Shown piece by piece: positions 54,239 to 63,446 of a DNA stretch of 64,000 nt (the stretch's first letter is position 1; every line of letters begins with the position of its first letter). The notes under the pieces are model-generated. The model was not told where the DNA came from. It searched no databases and saw nothing but the letters and a program-made list of their open reading frames with translations. The translations under genes were made by a program, and so were the position numbers. This stretch comes from an uncultured Caulobacterales bacterium (lineage in GTDB: Bacteria; Pseudomonadota; Alphaproteobacteria; Caulobacterales; Parvularculaceae), in assembly GCA_964556115.1 (NCBI GenBank), contig CAZKVC010000007.1, forward strand, positions 3,207 through 67,206, written 5' to 3'.

Positions 54239-54505
54239 TCAGCCGCCCCTGATGATCTTGTCGCCGATCAGCGAGGCGTAGTTCGAAATCTGCTGGAAAG
54301 TCAGCGGCAGGCAGAGAACGATGGTCAGGAAGATCGCGGCGAATTTCGGCACGAAGGTCAGGGTCATCTCCTGCACCTGGGTCAGGGCTTGGAAAAGCGC
54401 GACCGAAAGGCCGGTGACCGTGCCCGCGATCAGCGGCGGACCGCAGATCACCATCGCGGTGATGAAGCCTTCACGGATGATCTGGATGACATCCGCCTCG
54501 GTCAT
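54239..54505 (-). CDS. fliQ: Flagellar export protein FliQ
   Basis: 88 aa, two TM spans. LFQALTQVQEMTLTFVPK motif. Confidence 0.9.
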   Translation of the reverse strand: MTEADVIQIIREGFITAMVICGPPLIAGTVTGLSVALFQALTQVQEMTLTFVPKFAAIFLTIVLCLPLTFQQISNYASLIGDKIIRGG

Positions 54506-54819
54506 CAGACTGGCATCCTCATGATTTCCTGGTAGCCCTCGATCAGCTTGTTCCTGATCGCCAGGGCGCCTTCCACGGCCAGCTCCGCCTGCACGGTGGC
54601 CTGCACCACGTCCTGAAGCGACGCCTTGCCGTGCATCGCCTGCATCGTCATCTGCTCAGAGTGCTGAACGGTGTTCACCTGCTGCGTGGCGGTGTTCTTC
54701 AGCGCCTCGGTGAAGGACATGGCCGGGGCGCCCGCCTTCTCCGCCTGGCTCGAGGCGGTGGGGCCCTGCGCGAACTGGGTGGAGGCAACGGCGTTGACGG
54801 CTGCGAGTGCGTCGATCAT
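54505..54819 (-). CDS. fliE: Flagellar hook-basal body protein FliE
   Basis: SFTEALKNT... and the C-terminus AIRNKLIEGYQEIMRMPV. Confidence 0.85.
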   Translation of the reverse strand: MIDALAAVNAVASTQFAQGPTASSQAEKAGAPAMSFTEALKNTATQQVNTVQHSEQMTMQAMHGKASLQDVVQATVQAELAVEGALAIRNKLIEGYQEIMRMPV

Positions 54820-54838
54820 CGGGTCAGTCTCCTAAGGC

Positions 54839-55252
54839 TCAGCGGTCGAGAAGGGCGAGGGTGGCCATGGCCATGCCGCGGGCCTGCTCAACCATGTTGA
54901 GGTTGGCCTCATAGGAGCGGGTGGCTTCGCGCATGTCGGTCATCTCGATCAGCGGATTGACGTTGGGCATCTTCACATAGCCCTGGGCGTTGGCCGCGGG
55001 GTGGGTGGGGTCGTAGGACAGCTCGAAATCGCCCGGATCGGTGCCGATCCTCTTCACGTCAACCACCGAAGCGCCAAGCGCGCGGTCGAAGCTCGGTTCG
55101 AAGACGATGGTCTTGCGCCGGTAAGGGTCCGCGCCGGGGGCCGAGCCGAGGCTCTGGGCGTTGGCGATGTTCTCCGAAACCATCCGGACACGCAGGGATT
55201 GCGCTTCAAGGCCGGAGGCGGCGATCTTCATGGTGGCGGAAATGGCGTCCAT
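54839..55252 (-). CDS. flgC: Flagellar basal-body rod protein FlgC
   Basis: ASGLEAQSLRVRMVSENIANAQS and the C-terminus YEANLNMVEQARGM. Confidence 0.9.
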   Translation of the reverse strand: MDAISATMKIAASGLEAQSLRVRMVSENIANAQSLGSAPGADPYRRKTIVFEPSFDRALGASVVDVKRIGTDPGDFELSYDPTHPAANAQGYVKMPNVNPLIEMTDMREATRSYEANLNMVEQARGMAMATLALLDR

Positions 55253-55263
55253 GGCTGTCTTCC

Positions 55264-55656
55264 TTAACCCCGGGTGGAGAGTGTGGCTTTGAGCATCGCC
55301 GCGTGCTTCTTCATGAGCTGGGTGGCGAGCTGGTAGTCGCGGCTGTTGTCGGCCGACTTGATCATCTGTTCCTCAAGGGAAACCTGGTTGCCCGAGGGTT
55401 CGACTTCCCAGCCCTCGACGCGGTATTCCTCGCGGAAGCTGGTGTTGCCCAGCTCGGCGACCATATGGCGGCCATGGGTCGCCATCATGTTGGTGGCCTG
55501 AACGGTCCTCAGCGATTCAGAGAACGGCTTGAGGTCCTGCGCCTTGTAGTCGGGGGTGTCGGCATGGGCGACGTTCTGGGCCAGAAGCGTGTGGCGCACG
55601 CCCATATAGCTCATCTTGTTGGTCACCGTCTGGAACAGGCTGATGCCTTCAATCAT
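55264..55656 (-). CDS. flgB: Flagellar basal-body rod protein FlgB
   Basis: Only the C-terminal 130 codons of the 393-aa ORF were used: MSYMGVRHTLLAQNVAHADTPDYKAQDL, NQVSLEEQMIKSADNSRDYQLATQL. Confidence 0.85.
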   Translation of the reverse strand: MIEGISLFQTVTNKMSYMGVRHTLLAQNVAHADTPDYKAQDLKPFSESLRTVQATNMMATHGRHMVAELGNTSFREEYRVEGWEVEPSGNQVSLEEQMIKSADNSRDYQLATQLMKKHAAMLKATLSTRG

Positions 55657-55702
55657 GCCGGATACCTCTTCACGTGTACCGGCGAAAACAAACAGCGTTG
55701 CC

Positions 55703-55717
55703 TTAAACCCGCATAAA
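55703..55717. promoter_or_regulatory. TTAA-N7-TAAA CtrA-box-like element in the flgB/fliI divergent spacer
   Basis: TTAAACCCGCATAAA read directly from the sequence. Confidence 0.3.
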
Positions 55718-55759
55718 AGGTCGTGGGGCAGGACAGCCGGGCTTTCAGAAGGAGAGCCC

Positions 55760-57205
55760 ATGAGCGCGAAGAACGCAGCATCCGCCTTTGGCATTCTCGA
55801 CCAGGCCGCCTCGCGCCTGCGCGGTCTTCCCGGTCCGGTCTGGGAAGGCGAGATCGCTTCCGCCCTCGGAATGGTCCTGAAGGTGCGCGGGCTTTCGGGT
55901 GTCCTCTCGGCGGGCGATCTCTGTACGGTCGAACGGCGTAACATGAAGCCGCTCCAGTGCCAGGTGGTGGGCGTCGAGGAGGACCAGTCCCTCCTCATGA
56001 GCTTCGCCGACACCGAAGGCGTGGCGTCGGGCGCACGGGTGACCTTTCCTGAAAAGCGTTTCCGCATCAGGGTCTCGGATGGCTGGCTCGGTCGGGTGAT
56101 CGGCCCGATGGCCCAGCCGATCGACGGCAAGGGCCCACTGCCCGAAGGACCCTTCGCAACGCCTTTGAAAGGGACACCGCCTCCCGCCTTCGCAAGGCGC
56201 CGCGTGGGCGGCATGCTCGATACCGGCATCCGCGCCATCGACGCCTTCACGCCGATCTGCCGCGGGCAGAGGATGGGCATCTTCGCAGGCTCGGGCGTCG
56301 GCAAGTCGACGCTTCTTTCCATGCTGGCCCGCTCCTCCGCCGCCGATGTCAACGTCATCGGCCTGATCGGCGAGCGGGGCCGCGAGGTGCAGGAGTTCCT
56401 GCAGCGCGACTTGGGCGAAGAGGGGCTCGCGCGCTCCATCGTCATCGTGGCGACCTCGGACGAAAGCCCGCTGGCCAGGCGCCAGGCCGCCTATCTCACC
56501 ATGGCCGTGGCCGAGGACCAGCGAAAGCGGGGCCGCCACGTCTTCTGCATGATGGATTCGGTGACCCGCTTCGCCCACGCCTTGCGCGAGATCGGTCTTG
56601 CCGTGGGCGAGCCGCCTTCGGCGCGGGGTTTCCCGCCTTCGGTCTTCGGCGAGCTGGCGCATCTTCTCGAACGCTCAGGCCCCGGCATGGACGAGCAGGG
56701 GGACATCACCCTCGCCGCGACCGTGCTCGTCGACGGCGATGACCACGAGGACCCGGTGGCCGACGCCACCCGCGGTATCCTCGACGGGCACCTTGTCCTT
56801 TCACGGACGATCGCGACCCGCGGGCGTTTCCCTGCGATCGACATCCCCGGTTCGGTCTCGCGCCTGGCGCCCGACTGCTACAACGCGCCTGAAGACGGGC
56901 AGGTGACGAGCGCGGCGCGACGGCTTCTCTCTGTCTACGAAGAGAAGCGGGACATCATTTCGATCGGGCTCTACAAGAAAGGTTCCGATCCCGAAACGGA
57001 CATGGCGCTGGAGAAGGTTCCGGCCATCGAAGCCTTCTGCGCCCAGGACCGTCACGAAACCGAAGCCGCGCCCGAAGCGATGGACCGCCTCCATGAACTG
57101 GTCACCGGCATGCGTCCCTCATCAGCCGTGCCTGCGCAGGCCGGAGAGGAGCCGGCGGAGGGTCAGACCCTCCAGCCGCTGAGGCGAATGGAGCAGGGCG
57201 CCTGA
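55760..57205 (+). CDS. fliI: Flagellum-specific ATPase FliI
   Basis: GIFAGSGVGKSTLL Walker A and VFCMMDSVTRFA Walker B region. Start trimmed to MSAKNA after AAGGAGAG. Confidence 0.9.
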   Translation: MSAKNAASAFGILDQAASRLRGLPGPVWEGEIASALGMVLKVRGLSGVLSAGDLCTVERRNMKPLQCQVVGVEEDQSLLMSFADTEGVASGARVTFPEKRFRIRVSDGWLGRVIGPMAQPIDGKGPLPEGPFATPLKGTPPPAFARRRVGGMLDTGIRAIDAFTPICRGQRMGIFAGSGVGKSTLLSMLARSSAADVNVIGLIGERGREVQEFLQRDLGEEGLARSIVIVATSDESPLARRQAAYLTMAVAEDQRKRGRHVFCMMDSVTRFAHALREIGLAVGEPPSARGFPPSVFGELAHLLERSGPGMDEQGDITLAATVLVDGDDHEDPVADATRGILDGHLVLSRTIATRGRFPAIDIPGSVSRLAPDCYNAPEDGQVTSAARRLLSVYEEKRDIISIGLYKKGSDPETDMALEKVPAIEAFCAQDRHETEAAPEAMDRLHELVTGMRPSSAVPAQAGEEPAEGQTLQPLRRMEQGA

Positions 57206-57217
57206 AGCGCGAAGGGC

Positions 57218-58795
57218 TCAGGCGAAGATCTTGGCGCTGGCCGTCGCCGGGTCGACCGAGATGATGCCGCTGTCCGACGCCGCCCCAAGGGGCGCCACGT
57301 TGTAGAGCGCAAGAAGGCTCGAGCCCGCACCGCCCGGCCCGCCATTCCTGATGTCGTACATCAGCGTGAAGCGCTCGATGAACTTGGCGCGCTTTTCAGG
57401 GTCGGAAAGGTCCTCGATATCCATACGGCTTTCGAAGATGGAAACGAGCTTGTCCGGGTTCGTCTGCTGCATCTCGTTGGGCAGGTCGAAGGCCGTGAAG
57501 ACCACCTCCCGCAAAGCCTTGTCGGCGAGGACGCTGAACCAGCTCGTGAAGTTCTGCGCCTTGCGGTCGAAATAAGCGGCGAGGCGGACGCCGAGATTGT
57601 CCTCGCCCGCATCGCTTTCGAGCTTCACGCGGGTGTAGCGCTCGACCACACCGTCCACGAAGCTTCCGTTGCGCACGTTGCGGTCGCCCACTTCGGCGAA
57701 GGCGAAGGCGCGGGCGAAGGTCTTCCATTTCTGGTCGACGAGCTGGTTGGCGAGGGCGTCGTCGTCGCGCACGCCTTCTTCCAGCACCTTCTTGACCAGC
57801 GCCCGCGAGGGGATCTGGCTTTCAAGGTCGAAGGCGGAGAGGGCGAAGCGGTAGAGCCGCTCATCCTCGAGAAGCTCTTCGGGAGAGGACACCTTGCCGA
57901 TGTTCTCGCGGAAATAGTCGATGTCGCGCTGGATCAGCGGCGGCGTCTTGGCGCGGGCCCTGGGGGCCGATGCGGCAGCTTCCGCCTCGGCCTCGTTGCG
58001 GATCGTGTTGCGGTTGTAGCGCTCGACGATGCTCTGGCGGAACTTCTCGTTCTTGACGTTGAGATCGCCGGTCTCGGCAAAACCGAACGCCTTGGCCATC
58101 ATCTCGTAGCGGCTGTCCGGAAGGGTGTTGGCGAGGGAGCCTTCCTTGAGGGCGCCCGAGCCGGGATTGTAGACCCCTGCTTCAAGGGCGCGCTGGATCA
58201 GCTCCTTGTTGCCCGCCTGGCTTTCAAGTCCGAAGGCACGGACGATGTAGCCGGCGAGCTCGGGGTCATCCACGAGCTGCTTGGCGTTGAAGACCGACCT
58301 CGCATTGGCGCGGAAATAGGCGGTCTTCTCGTCGATGAAGGTCTGGGTCTCGGCGTTCGGCGAGATGCCGAAGGTCTTCGTGAAGCGCTCGACAACGGCG
58401 TCCACGGCGATGTCCTTGCGGAACGCGGTGGGTTTGTCTTCGCCGAACCAGAAGGTCTCGGCCAGCTCGTTGATCGGGTTGGTGCCAGGGGCGGGGCGGT
58501 CCGAGAGGCTTTCGAAGGGGCGGAAGACGTCGAAAACGCCTTCGTCCAGCACCCGCGCGACGAAATCCTTGTTGTTGATCTCGTGGTCGAGATCGAAGGC
58601 CGTCAGGACATAGGAGAGGAGCCGCTCGTCCTGAACGAGCTCCCGGCCCGACGATACGTTCTGGATACGGACGCTGAAATAGGCGCCTTCGTCGACGAGC
58701 TTGCGGTCGGGCTCGACCTTCTCGACGTCGACCGGCTGGGCCGGTCGCCCGTAGCTACGCTGGAAGTTGATGTAGCTCAGATAAGTCGATGTCAT
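57218..58795 (-). CDS. DUF1217 repeat flagellar-locus protein
   Basis: Four internal repeats: LLSYVLTAFDLDHE, LAGYIVRAFGLESQ, LYRFALSAFDLESQ, LREVVFTAFDLPNE. Confidence 0.7.
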   Translation of the reverse strand: MTSTYLSYINFQRSYGRPAQPVDVEKVEPDRKLVDEGAYFSVRIQNVSSGRELVQDERLLSYVLTAFDLDHEINNKDFVARVLDEGVFDVFRPFESLSDRPAPGTNPINELAETFWFGEDKPTAFRKDIAVDAVVERFTKTFGISPNAETQTFIDEKTAYFRANARSVFNAKQLVDDPELAGYIVRAFGLESQAGNKELIQRALEAGVYNPGSGALKEGSLANTLPDSRYEMMAKAFGFAETGDLNVKNEKFRQSIVERYNRNTIRNEAEAEAAASAPRARAKTPPLIQRDIDYFRENIGKVSSPEELLEDERLYRFALSAFDLESQIPSRALVKKVLEEGVRDDDALANQLVDQKWKTFARAFAFAEVGDRNVRNGSFVDGVVERYTRVKLESDAGEDNLGVRLAAYFDRKAQNFTSWFSVLADKALREVVFTAFDLPNEMQQTNPDKLVSIFESRMDIEDLSDPEKRAKFIERFTLMYDIRNGGPGGAGSSLLALYNVAPLGAASDSGIISVDPATASAKIFA

Positions 58796-58831
58796 GGCGC
58801 CAATCCCTTCCGAAGAGGGTCCGATATCCTG

Positions 58832-59317
58832 TCAGTGCGCCGTTTCCATGAGCGTTCCATTAAGCCGCTGCTCGGCGGCGGCGTGGAAGGCCCGGTTCTC
58901 GGCGTCGAGTTCCTTGGGCACGGAAGCGGCCTTTCCGCCTTCGGTCTTCACGGGAAGATCGAGAAGGGGGTGGAGCTTCACGAGCGCCTTGTAGAAATCC
59001 TGGGTGTGGACCATGTCCATCGCGGCAAGAAGCGTCGCGCGTTCCTCGTCGCTTTCCATATGGGTAAAGACGAAGGCGCCCAGTTTGGATGCATGGCGCC
59101 GCATCTGTTCATCACAGCCCGAGATCAGCAGCATCTGGATCGTGAAGTAGAGCCGTTGCAGGGGCGTGCGCGCGTCTTCGGGCTGCAGCACATATTTGCC
59201 GCGCAGGACCTGACCGAAGCTCGACACGGTGATCGTGTTGCGCCGGTCGCCATTCGTCAGCACACAGCCGTTGACGATGATCCGCTCATGCGGACGGAGT
59301 CTCAGTCTCAGTCCCAT
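58832..59317 (-). CDS. flbT: Flagellin synthesis regulator FlbT
   Basis: MGLRLRLRPHERIIVNGCVLTNGDRR N-terminus typical of FlbT. Confidence 0.85.
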   Translation of the reverse strand: MGLRLRLRPHERIIVNGCVLTNGDRRNTITVSSFGQVLRGKYVLQPEDARTPLQRLYFTIQMLLISGCDEQMRRHASKLGAFVFTHMESDEERATLLAAMDMVHTQDFYKALVKLHPLLDLPVKTEGGKAASVPKELDAENRAFHAAAEQRLNGTLMETAH

Positions 59318-59321
59318 GGCT

Positions 59322-59729
59322 TCAACCGACCGCCTGCATGGGTTCCCGCTCAGGCATGGCGCCGGCGAGACCCCTGATGATGTTGCGGTTGATCTCGAGA
59401 AGCGGACCCATGTCCTTTTCGCCGGAGATCACGTGCGGGGTGTGGCGGTCCACGAACAGGGCCAGGGAGATGATCCCGGCTTTCAGCTGATCGGGGAGGG
59501 GGTTATCCTTGTAAGCGCAATCGAACATCAGCTCACCCCAGAGCTTCTGATTGCGGTTCAGCGCATCGAGCGCCGTGGGCGATAGAGGGAACTTGTCCTC
59601 GCGCGATGCGCGTTCGAGTTCACCGGTAATCTGCAGAAAGACCTTGCGTTCGATCTCACGAGGCTCCTCGGTCTCGGTGATCGTCTGCTTGTAGGCCTCC
59701 CGCGCTTTTGCCCTGCCGTACATAGACAC
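59322..59729 (-). CDS. flaF: Flagellar biosynthesis regulator FlaF
   Basis: AYKQTITETEEPREIERKVFLQITGEL pattern and the position next to flbT and the flagellin gene. Confidence 0.85.
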   Translation of the reverse strand: MSMYGRAKAREAYKQTITETEEPREIERKVFLQITGELERASREDKFPLSPTALDALNRNQKLWGELMFDCAYKDNPLPDQLKAGIISLALFVDRHTPHVISGEKDMGPLLEINRNIIRGLAGAMPEREPMQAVG

Positions 59730-59772
59730 TTCTCGTCCTTATAGATCTTGGTGATTCTACCGAAGATTGGGT

Positions 59773-59800
59773 GGTGCCCGGAGAAGATCCTCCGGGCACC
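59773..59800 (-). terminator. Perfect 11-bp stem hairpin just downstream of the flagellin gene
   Basis: GGTGCCCGGAG-aagatc-CTCCGGGCACC. No strong U tract follows, so its terminator function is uncertain. Confidence 0.4.
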
Positions 59801-59816
59801 GAAGTCAGTCTGCCGA

Positions 59817-61223
59817 TTAACGGAAGAGCGACAGGAGCGACTGCGGACGCTGGTTCGCAATCGAAAGGGCCTGGGTGGCCAGCTGCTCTTGAACCTGGAA
59901 GCTCTGCAGGCGGCTCGACTCTTCGGTCAGGTCCGCTTCGGTCAGAGCGGCAACACCGAGCTCGAGGGAGTCGGTCAGGTCGCCGAGGAAGGTCTGACGG
60001 CTGTCGAGGGTCGATTCGAACACACCGATGACGGTGGCCGAGATGTTGACCCGTGCGATCAGGCTGTCAGCCAGAACGAAGCCGGCCTGGACGTTGCCAG
60101 TGGTTTCGTCAGAGACGTTGATTTGACGCGCAACGGCACGGAAGCCCGAGTCGTTGGCGAATTCACGCAGGTTGGCGTCGGAGAAGACAGCGTTCTGAAG
60201 GAATTCAGCGCCCGAAGCGAAGGCGTCACCACCAGCGGTTGCGAACGCGTTTGCCTTGGAGGCAACGTAGTCAACTGCAGCAGCTTGATCACCACCAGTA
60301 TAGCCAGCGAGGCCGCCATAGGTCAAGGCGTTCGCACCGCCACCGGCGTTGCCATCGGTGTAGTAGTTATCGACAAGAGCCTGGTCAGGCGCAGCAGTGA
60401 TGTCGTCAATCTGAATGACGTCCTGCGACGTATCGTTGCCGACTTTGCCCAGGTTCGTAGTCGTAATGCCGATCGACGCGAGGAAGTTGCGATCGTCCTC
60501 AGAACCGTAGAACGTGAACACGTTGCCGGTTTCAGTGCCAGCGCCGCCCTCAACTGTCAGGATCGAGTCAGTGTTAGCTTGCGCGATGTCGAGTTCGACA
60601 GAACCATCGCCACGAGCATCGAGGCGATCGGCGAAGCCGGAGTTGAACGCACGGCTAAGAGCGTCGAACTGAGCCTCTGCCTGAACGTTGGTAAAGCCAC
60701 CTTGAGCCACACCGGCGAGCTCGAGGCTGTCGAGGTTCTGACCCTGAAGGGTGTAGGTCGACAGTTCGAACGAACCGTTGTCACGGGTGATCGTGGTGGT
60801 CAGCGTCGTGGTGTCGTTGCCGGCCAGAAGGTTCACACCGTTGAACGACGTGGCGTCGACTTGGCCTTCGATCTGCTCGACGACCTGGCCGATGGCGAAC
60901 TGGACTTCGTTCAGAGCCGTACCGGTCTGCGCGGTGGTCAGCGCGGTCTGGATCTGGTTGATGTCGCTGGTGACGCCGTTGAGGCCAGCACTGGCGGTCT
61001 TGGCGGTGTTGACGCCGACCGTCAGGTTGTCCTTGAGGCCGTCGAGAACCGCAACGTCACCCTTGACGGTCTGAGCGACCAGGAAGAACGCGGCGTTTTC
61101 TTTCGGGCTGCGGACTTTGAGACCGGTGGAAATACGGTCCTGGGTTTCTTGGAGGTTCGACTGAACGGTCCGAAGAGTGCGAAGCGCGGTTTGCGCAGAC
61201 GCGTTGGTAAGCAGAGATGCCAT
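59817..61223 (-). CDS. Flagellin
   Basis: N-terminus MASLLTNASAQTALRTLRTVQSNLQETQDRISTGLKV and C-terminus QLATQALSIANQRPQSLLSLFR. Thr/Gly/Ala/Asn-rich centre. Confidence 0.9.
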   Translation of the reverse strand: MASLLTNASAQTALRTLRTVQSNLQETQDRISTGLKVRSPKENAAFFLVAQTVKGDVAVLDGLKDNLTVGVNTAKTASAGLNGVTSDINQIQTALTTAQTGTALNEVQFAIGQVVEQIEGQVDATSFNGVNLLAGNDTTTLTTTITRDNGSFELSTYTLQGQNLDSLELAGVAQGGFTNVQAEAQFDALSRAFNSGFADRLDARGDGSVELDIAQANTDSILTVEGGAGTETGNVFTFYGSEDDRNFLASIGITTTNLGKVGNDTSQDVIQIDDITAAPDQALVDNYYTDGNAGGGANALTYGGLAGYTGGDQAAAVDYVASKANAFATAGGDAFASGAEFLQNAVFSDANLREFANDSGFRAVARQINVSDETTGNVQAGFVLADSLIARVNISATVIGVFESTLDSRQTFLGDLTDSLELGVAALTEADLTEESSRLQSFQVQEQLATQALSIANQRPQSLLSLFR

Positions 61224-61318
61224 GTCTCAAGGCTCCTTGTGTTCTCAAGTTTCTACAGGAGCGCCTTCTGACGCCGGGCAGTGCGGTTCCCTCACGAACC
61301 GAAGTGCTCTTGGAGATT

Positions 61319-61342
61319 ACGAGCGCTATATTAAGCGCTCGT
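61319..61342. promoter_or_regulatory. Inverted repeat ACGAGCGCT-atatta-AGCGCTCGT between the upstream gene's stop and the flagellin promoter/leader
   Basis: Perfect 9-bp arms read directly from the sequence. 6 nt after the stop of 61348..61869 and about 95 nt before the flagellin ATG. Confidence 0.4.
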
Positions 61343-61347
61343 GAAAG

Positions 61348-61869
61348 CTACAGCTTCACTTGTGTCCCATTAAGAGACAGGTGGTGAAGACTCTTGCGGC
61401 CGCCGTCTCGACTGTAGACGCCGTCGCCCTTTTCTTCTTCAAGCTTGCGGATGGCCTGGGAGCGCACCTGGGTCAGCGCGTCCTTCACGGCGCCGATCGC
61501 GCGCATATTGCCTTCGACCGTCTCGTTGAATTCCTCGAGACGGCTGCGCAGGTCGTCCTGGTCGATCTCGGAGATCTGCGCCTTGGCGCGCGGGTCGTGC
61601 TCGAGCCGCTCGGCCTGGCGGATCAGATCGCCTTTCTGGCGCTGAAGTTCGTGGAAGGCGTCGTACTTGCCTTCCCGGATCAGGCGGGTCTCCTCGGCCA
61701 GAAGCTCGGCAAGGCGCGCCATGATCGAAAGGATCGCGGGCTCGCGCTTGGGCGCAGCAGGCGCGGGCGCTGCTTCTTCCGCTTCCGGCTTCGCCTCTTC
61801 GGCGCGGCGGAATTCAGGGAAGAGTTCTTTCGGGTCGACGGCGCCCGACTTGCCAAAAGAGCGGGTCAT
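61348..61869 (-). CDS. Flagellar-locus coiled-coil protein (FlgN-like chaperone candidate; tentative)
   Basis: LAELLAEETRLIREGKYDAFHELQRQKGDLIRQ resembles FlgN-type helices. Sits between the rod-binding protein gene and the flagellin gene, with a 1-nt overlap with the upstream gene. Confidence 0.45.
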   Translation of the reverse strand: MTRSFGKSGAVDPKELFPEFRRAEEAKPEAEEAAPAPAAPKREPAILSIMARLAELLAEETRLIREGKYDAFHELQRQKGDLIRQAERLEHDPRAKAQISEIDQDDLRSRLEEFNETVEGNMRAIGAVKDALTQVRSQAIRKLEEEKGDGVYSRDGGRKSLHHLSLNGTQVKL

Positions 61870-62210
61870 TATTCCTTGCCCCCTTCGATCTCAGCGGATC
61901 TGGTCATCTCGCGGACCACCATGTCGGCAATGCCGATGCCGCCGCGCTCCGCAAATGCGTCGGCAATGTGCTGGACCATGAAGCCCTGCCACATCTTCTC
62001 GCCCTGACCGCCGCCGAAGAGGCCGTCGGTCTTCATGCCCTTGAACATGGAGGAGACGAACTGGTTGAGGAGAACCGCCTCGAAACCCTCTGCCGCCTCG
62101 CGCACATCGGCAGGGGCGGACGCCTTGAGCTTGCGCGCCGCACCCTGAAGATCGAGCTCCGGGGTGGTCTGCGCGGCGATGGGGGTGAGGCTTGCGATTT
62201 CGCTCATCAT
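61869..62210 (-). CDS. flgJ: Rod-binding protein (FlgJ N-terminal-domain-like, no muramidase domain)
   Basis: AAEGFEAVLLNQFVSSMFKGM...GEKMWQGFMVQHIADAFAERGGIGIADMV. Confidence 0.75.
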   Translation of the reverse strand: MMSEIASLTPIAAQTTPELDLQGAARKLKASAPADVREAAEGFEAVLLNQFVSSMFKGMKTDGLFGGGQGEKMWQGFMVQHIADAFAERGGIGIADMVVREMTRSAEIEGGKE

Positions 62211-63322
62211 TGCACCACGAGTTCGGCCTGAAGCGCGCCGGCTGATTTGATCGTCTGGAGGATCGAGATCATGTCGCGGGGGCTCACGCCCATCGCGTTC
62301 AGGCCGTCCACCAACTCCTGAAGGGTCACGTTGGGCTCGACCACCTTGAAGCCGGAGCCCAGCTCCTCTTCGACGCCGATATCCGTACGCGGCACGACCA
62401 CCGTCTCACCGACCCGGCTGAAGGGGGAGGGCTGGGACGGGATGGGCCGCTCGGAAATGCTGATGGTGATGTTGCCGTGGGCGATGGCCACCGGCGAGAT
62501 CCGCACATTGTTGCCGATGACGATGGTGCCCGAGCTTTCGTCCACCACGACCCTTGCGACTTCGTCGACTTCGACATCGAGGACTTCAAGCTCCGCGAGC
62601 ATGGTCGTCACCTCGCCGCGATAGGCGGCGGGGACGGAGACCTCGACGGTGGCGAGGTCAATGGCGCGGGCGAAGCGGCCCGACAGGCGCTCGTCGATCG
62701 CCGCGGCGATGCGGTTGGCGGTGGTGAAGTCAGGGTTGGAGAGGATGAGGCGCACCCGGTCGAGTTCGTTGATCGGGAAGCTCAGCTCACGTTCCACCGT
62801 CGCCCCTTCGGGGACGCGGCCCTGGGTGGGCACGCCGCGCTGGACGGAGGCGGCTGCGCCCTGGGCCGAGAAGCCGCCGATGATCAAAGAGCCCTGCGCC
62901 ACCGCGTAGACATTGCCGTCCGCGCCGGTCAGCGGGGTGACAAGAAGCGTGCCGCCCTGAAGGCTGCGCGCATCGCCCAGCGCCGAGACCGTCACGTCGA
63001 TCTTGTCGCCGGGACGCGAGAAGCCGGGCAGGGACGCGGTGACGATCACCGCGGCGGTGTTGCGGGTCTGAAGGATGCGCTGGTTATCGAGGGCAACACC
63101 GAAGCGCTCGAGCATGGCGCGCAGGGACTGCTCGGTGAAAAGAGCGTTCTGGGTCCGGTCGCCCGAACCGGCGAGGCCGACGACGAGGCCGTAACCAATA
63201 AGCTGGTTCTCCCGCACCCCTTCGATCTTGGTGATGTCCTTGAGCCTCGACGCATCCGCCGCGCCGATCCCCGCCACCAGGATGGCGGCACCAAGGACCA
63301 TGGCGCGGGAAAAGCCGCGCAT
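62207..63322 (-). CDS. flgI: Flagellar P-ring protein FlgI
   Basis: Signal peptide MRGFSRAMVLGAAILVAGIGAADA, then SRLKDITKIEGVRENQLIGYGLVVGLAGSGD. The track ORF extends to 63394. Confidence 0.9.
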   Translation of the reverse strand: MRGFSRAMVLGAAILVAGIGAADASRLKDITKIEGVRENQLIGYGLVVGLAGSGDRTQNALFTEQSLRAMLERFGVALDNQRILQTRNTAAVIVTASLPGFSRPGDKIDVTVSALGDARSLQGGTLLVTPLTGADGNVYAVAQGSLIIGGFSAQGAAASVQRGVPTQGRVPEGATVERELSFPINELDRVRLILSNPDFTTANRIAAAIDERLSGRFARAIDLATVEVSVPAAYRGEVTTMLAELEVLDVEVDEVARVVVDESSGTIVIGNNVRISPVAIAHGNITISISERPIPSQPSPFSRVGETVVVPRTDIGVEEELGSGFKVVEPNVTLQELVDGLNAMGVSPRDMISILQTIKSAGALQAELVVQ

Positions 63323-63430
63323 ATCAAGGGAATAGGCAGCTCTGGCCGCCGCTCGAACCAAGCTCATCATGCGCCGCATCATGCAGAGCGGCATGAAACG
63401 GGCTTTAAAACTTCGCTCTTTTCACCTGGC

Positions 63431-63446
63431 GTTATGGTTTCTTAAC
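63431..63446 (-). promoter_or_regulatory. TTAA-N7-TAAC CtrA-box-like element upstream of flgI
   Basis: The minus strand reads GTTAAGAAACCATAAC. Confidence 0.3.

Noticed and set aside
59748-61271. 507-aa plus-strand ORF
   Set aside because: It is antisense to the flagellin gene, which has canonical N- and C-terminal flagellin segments.
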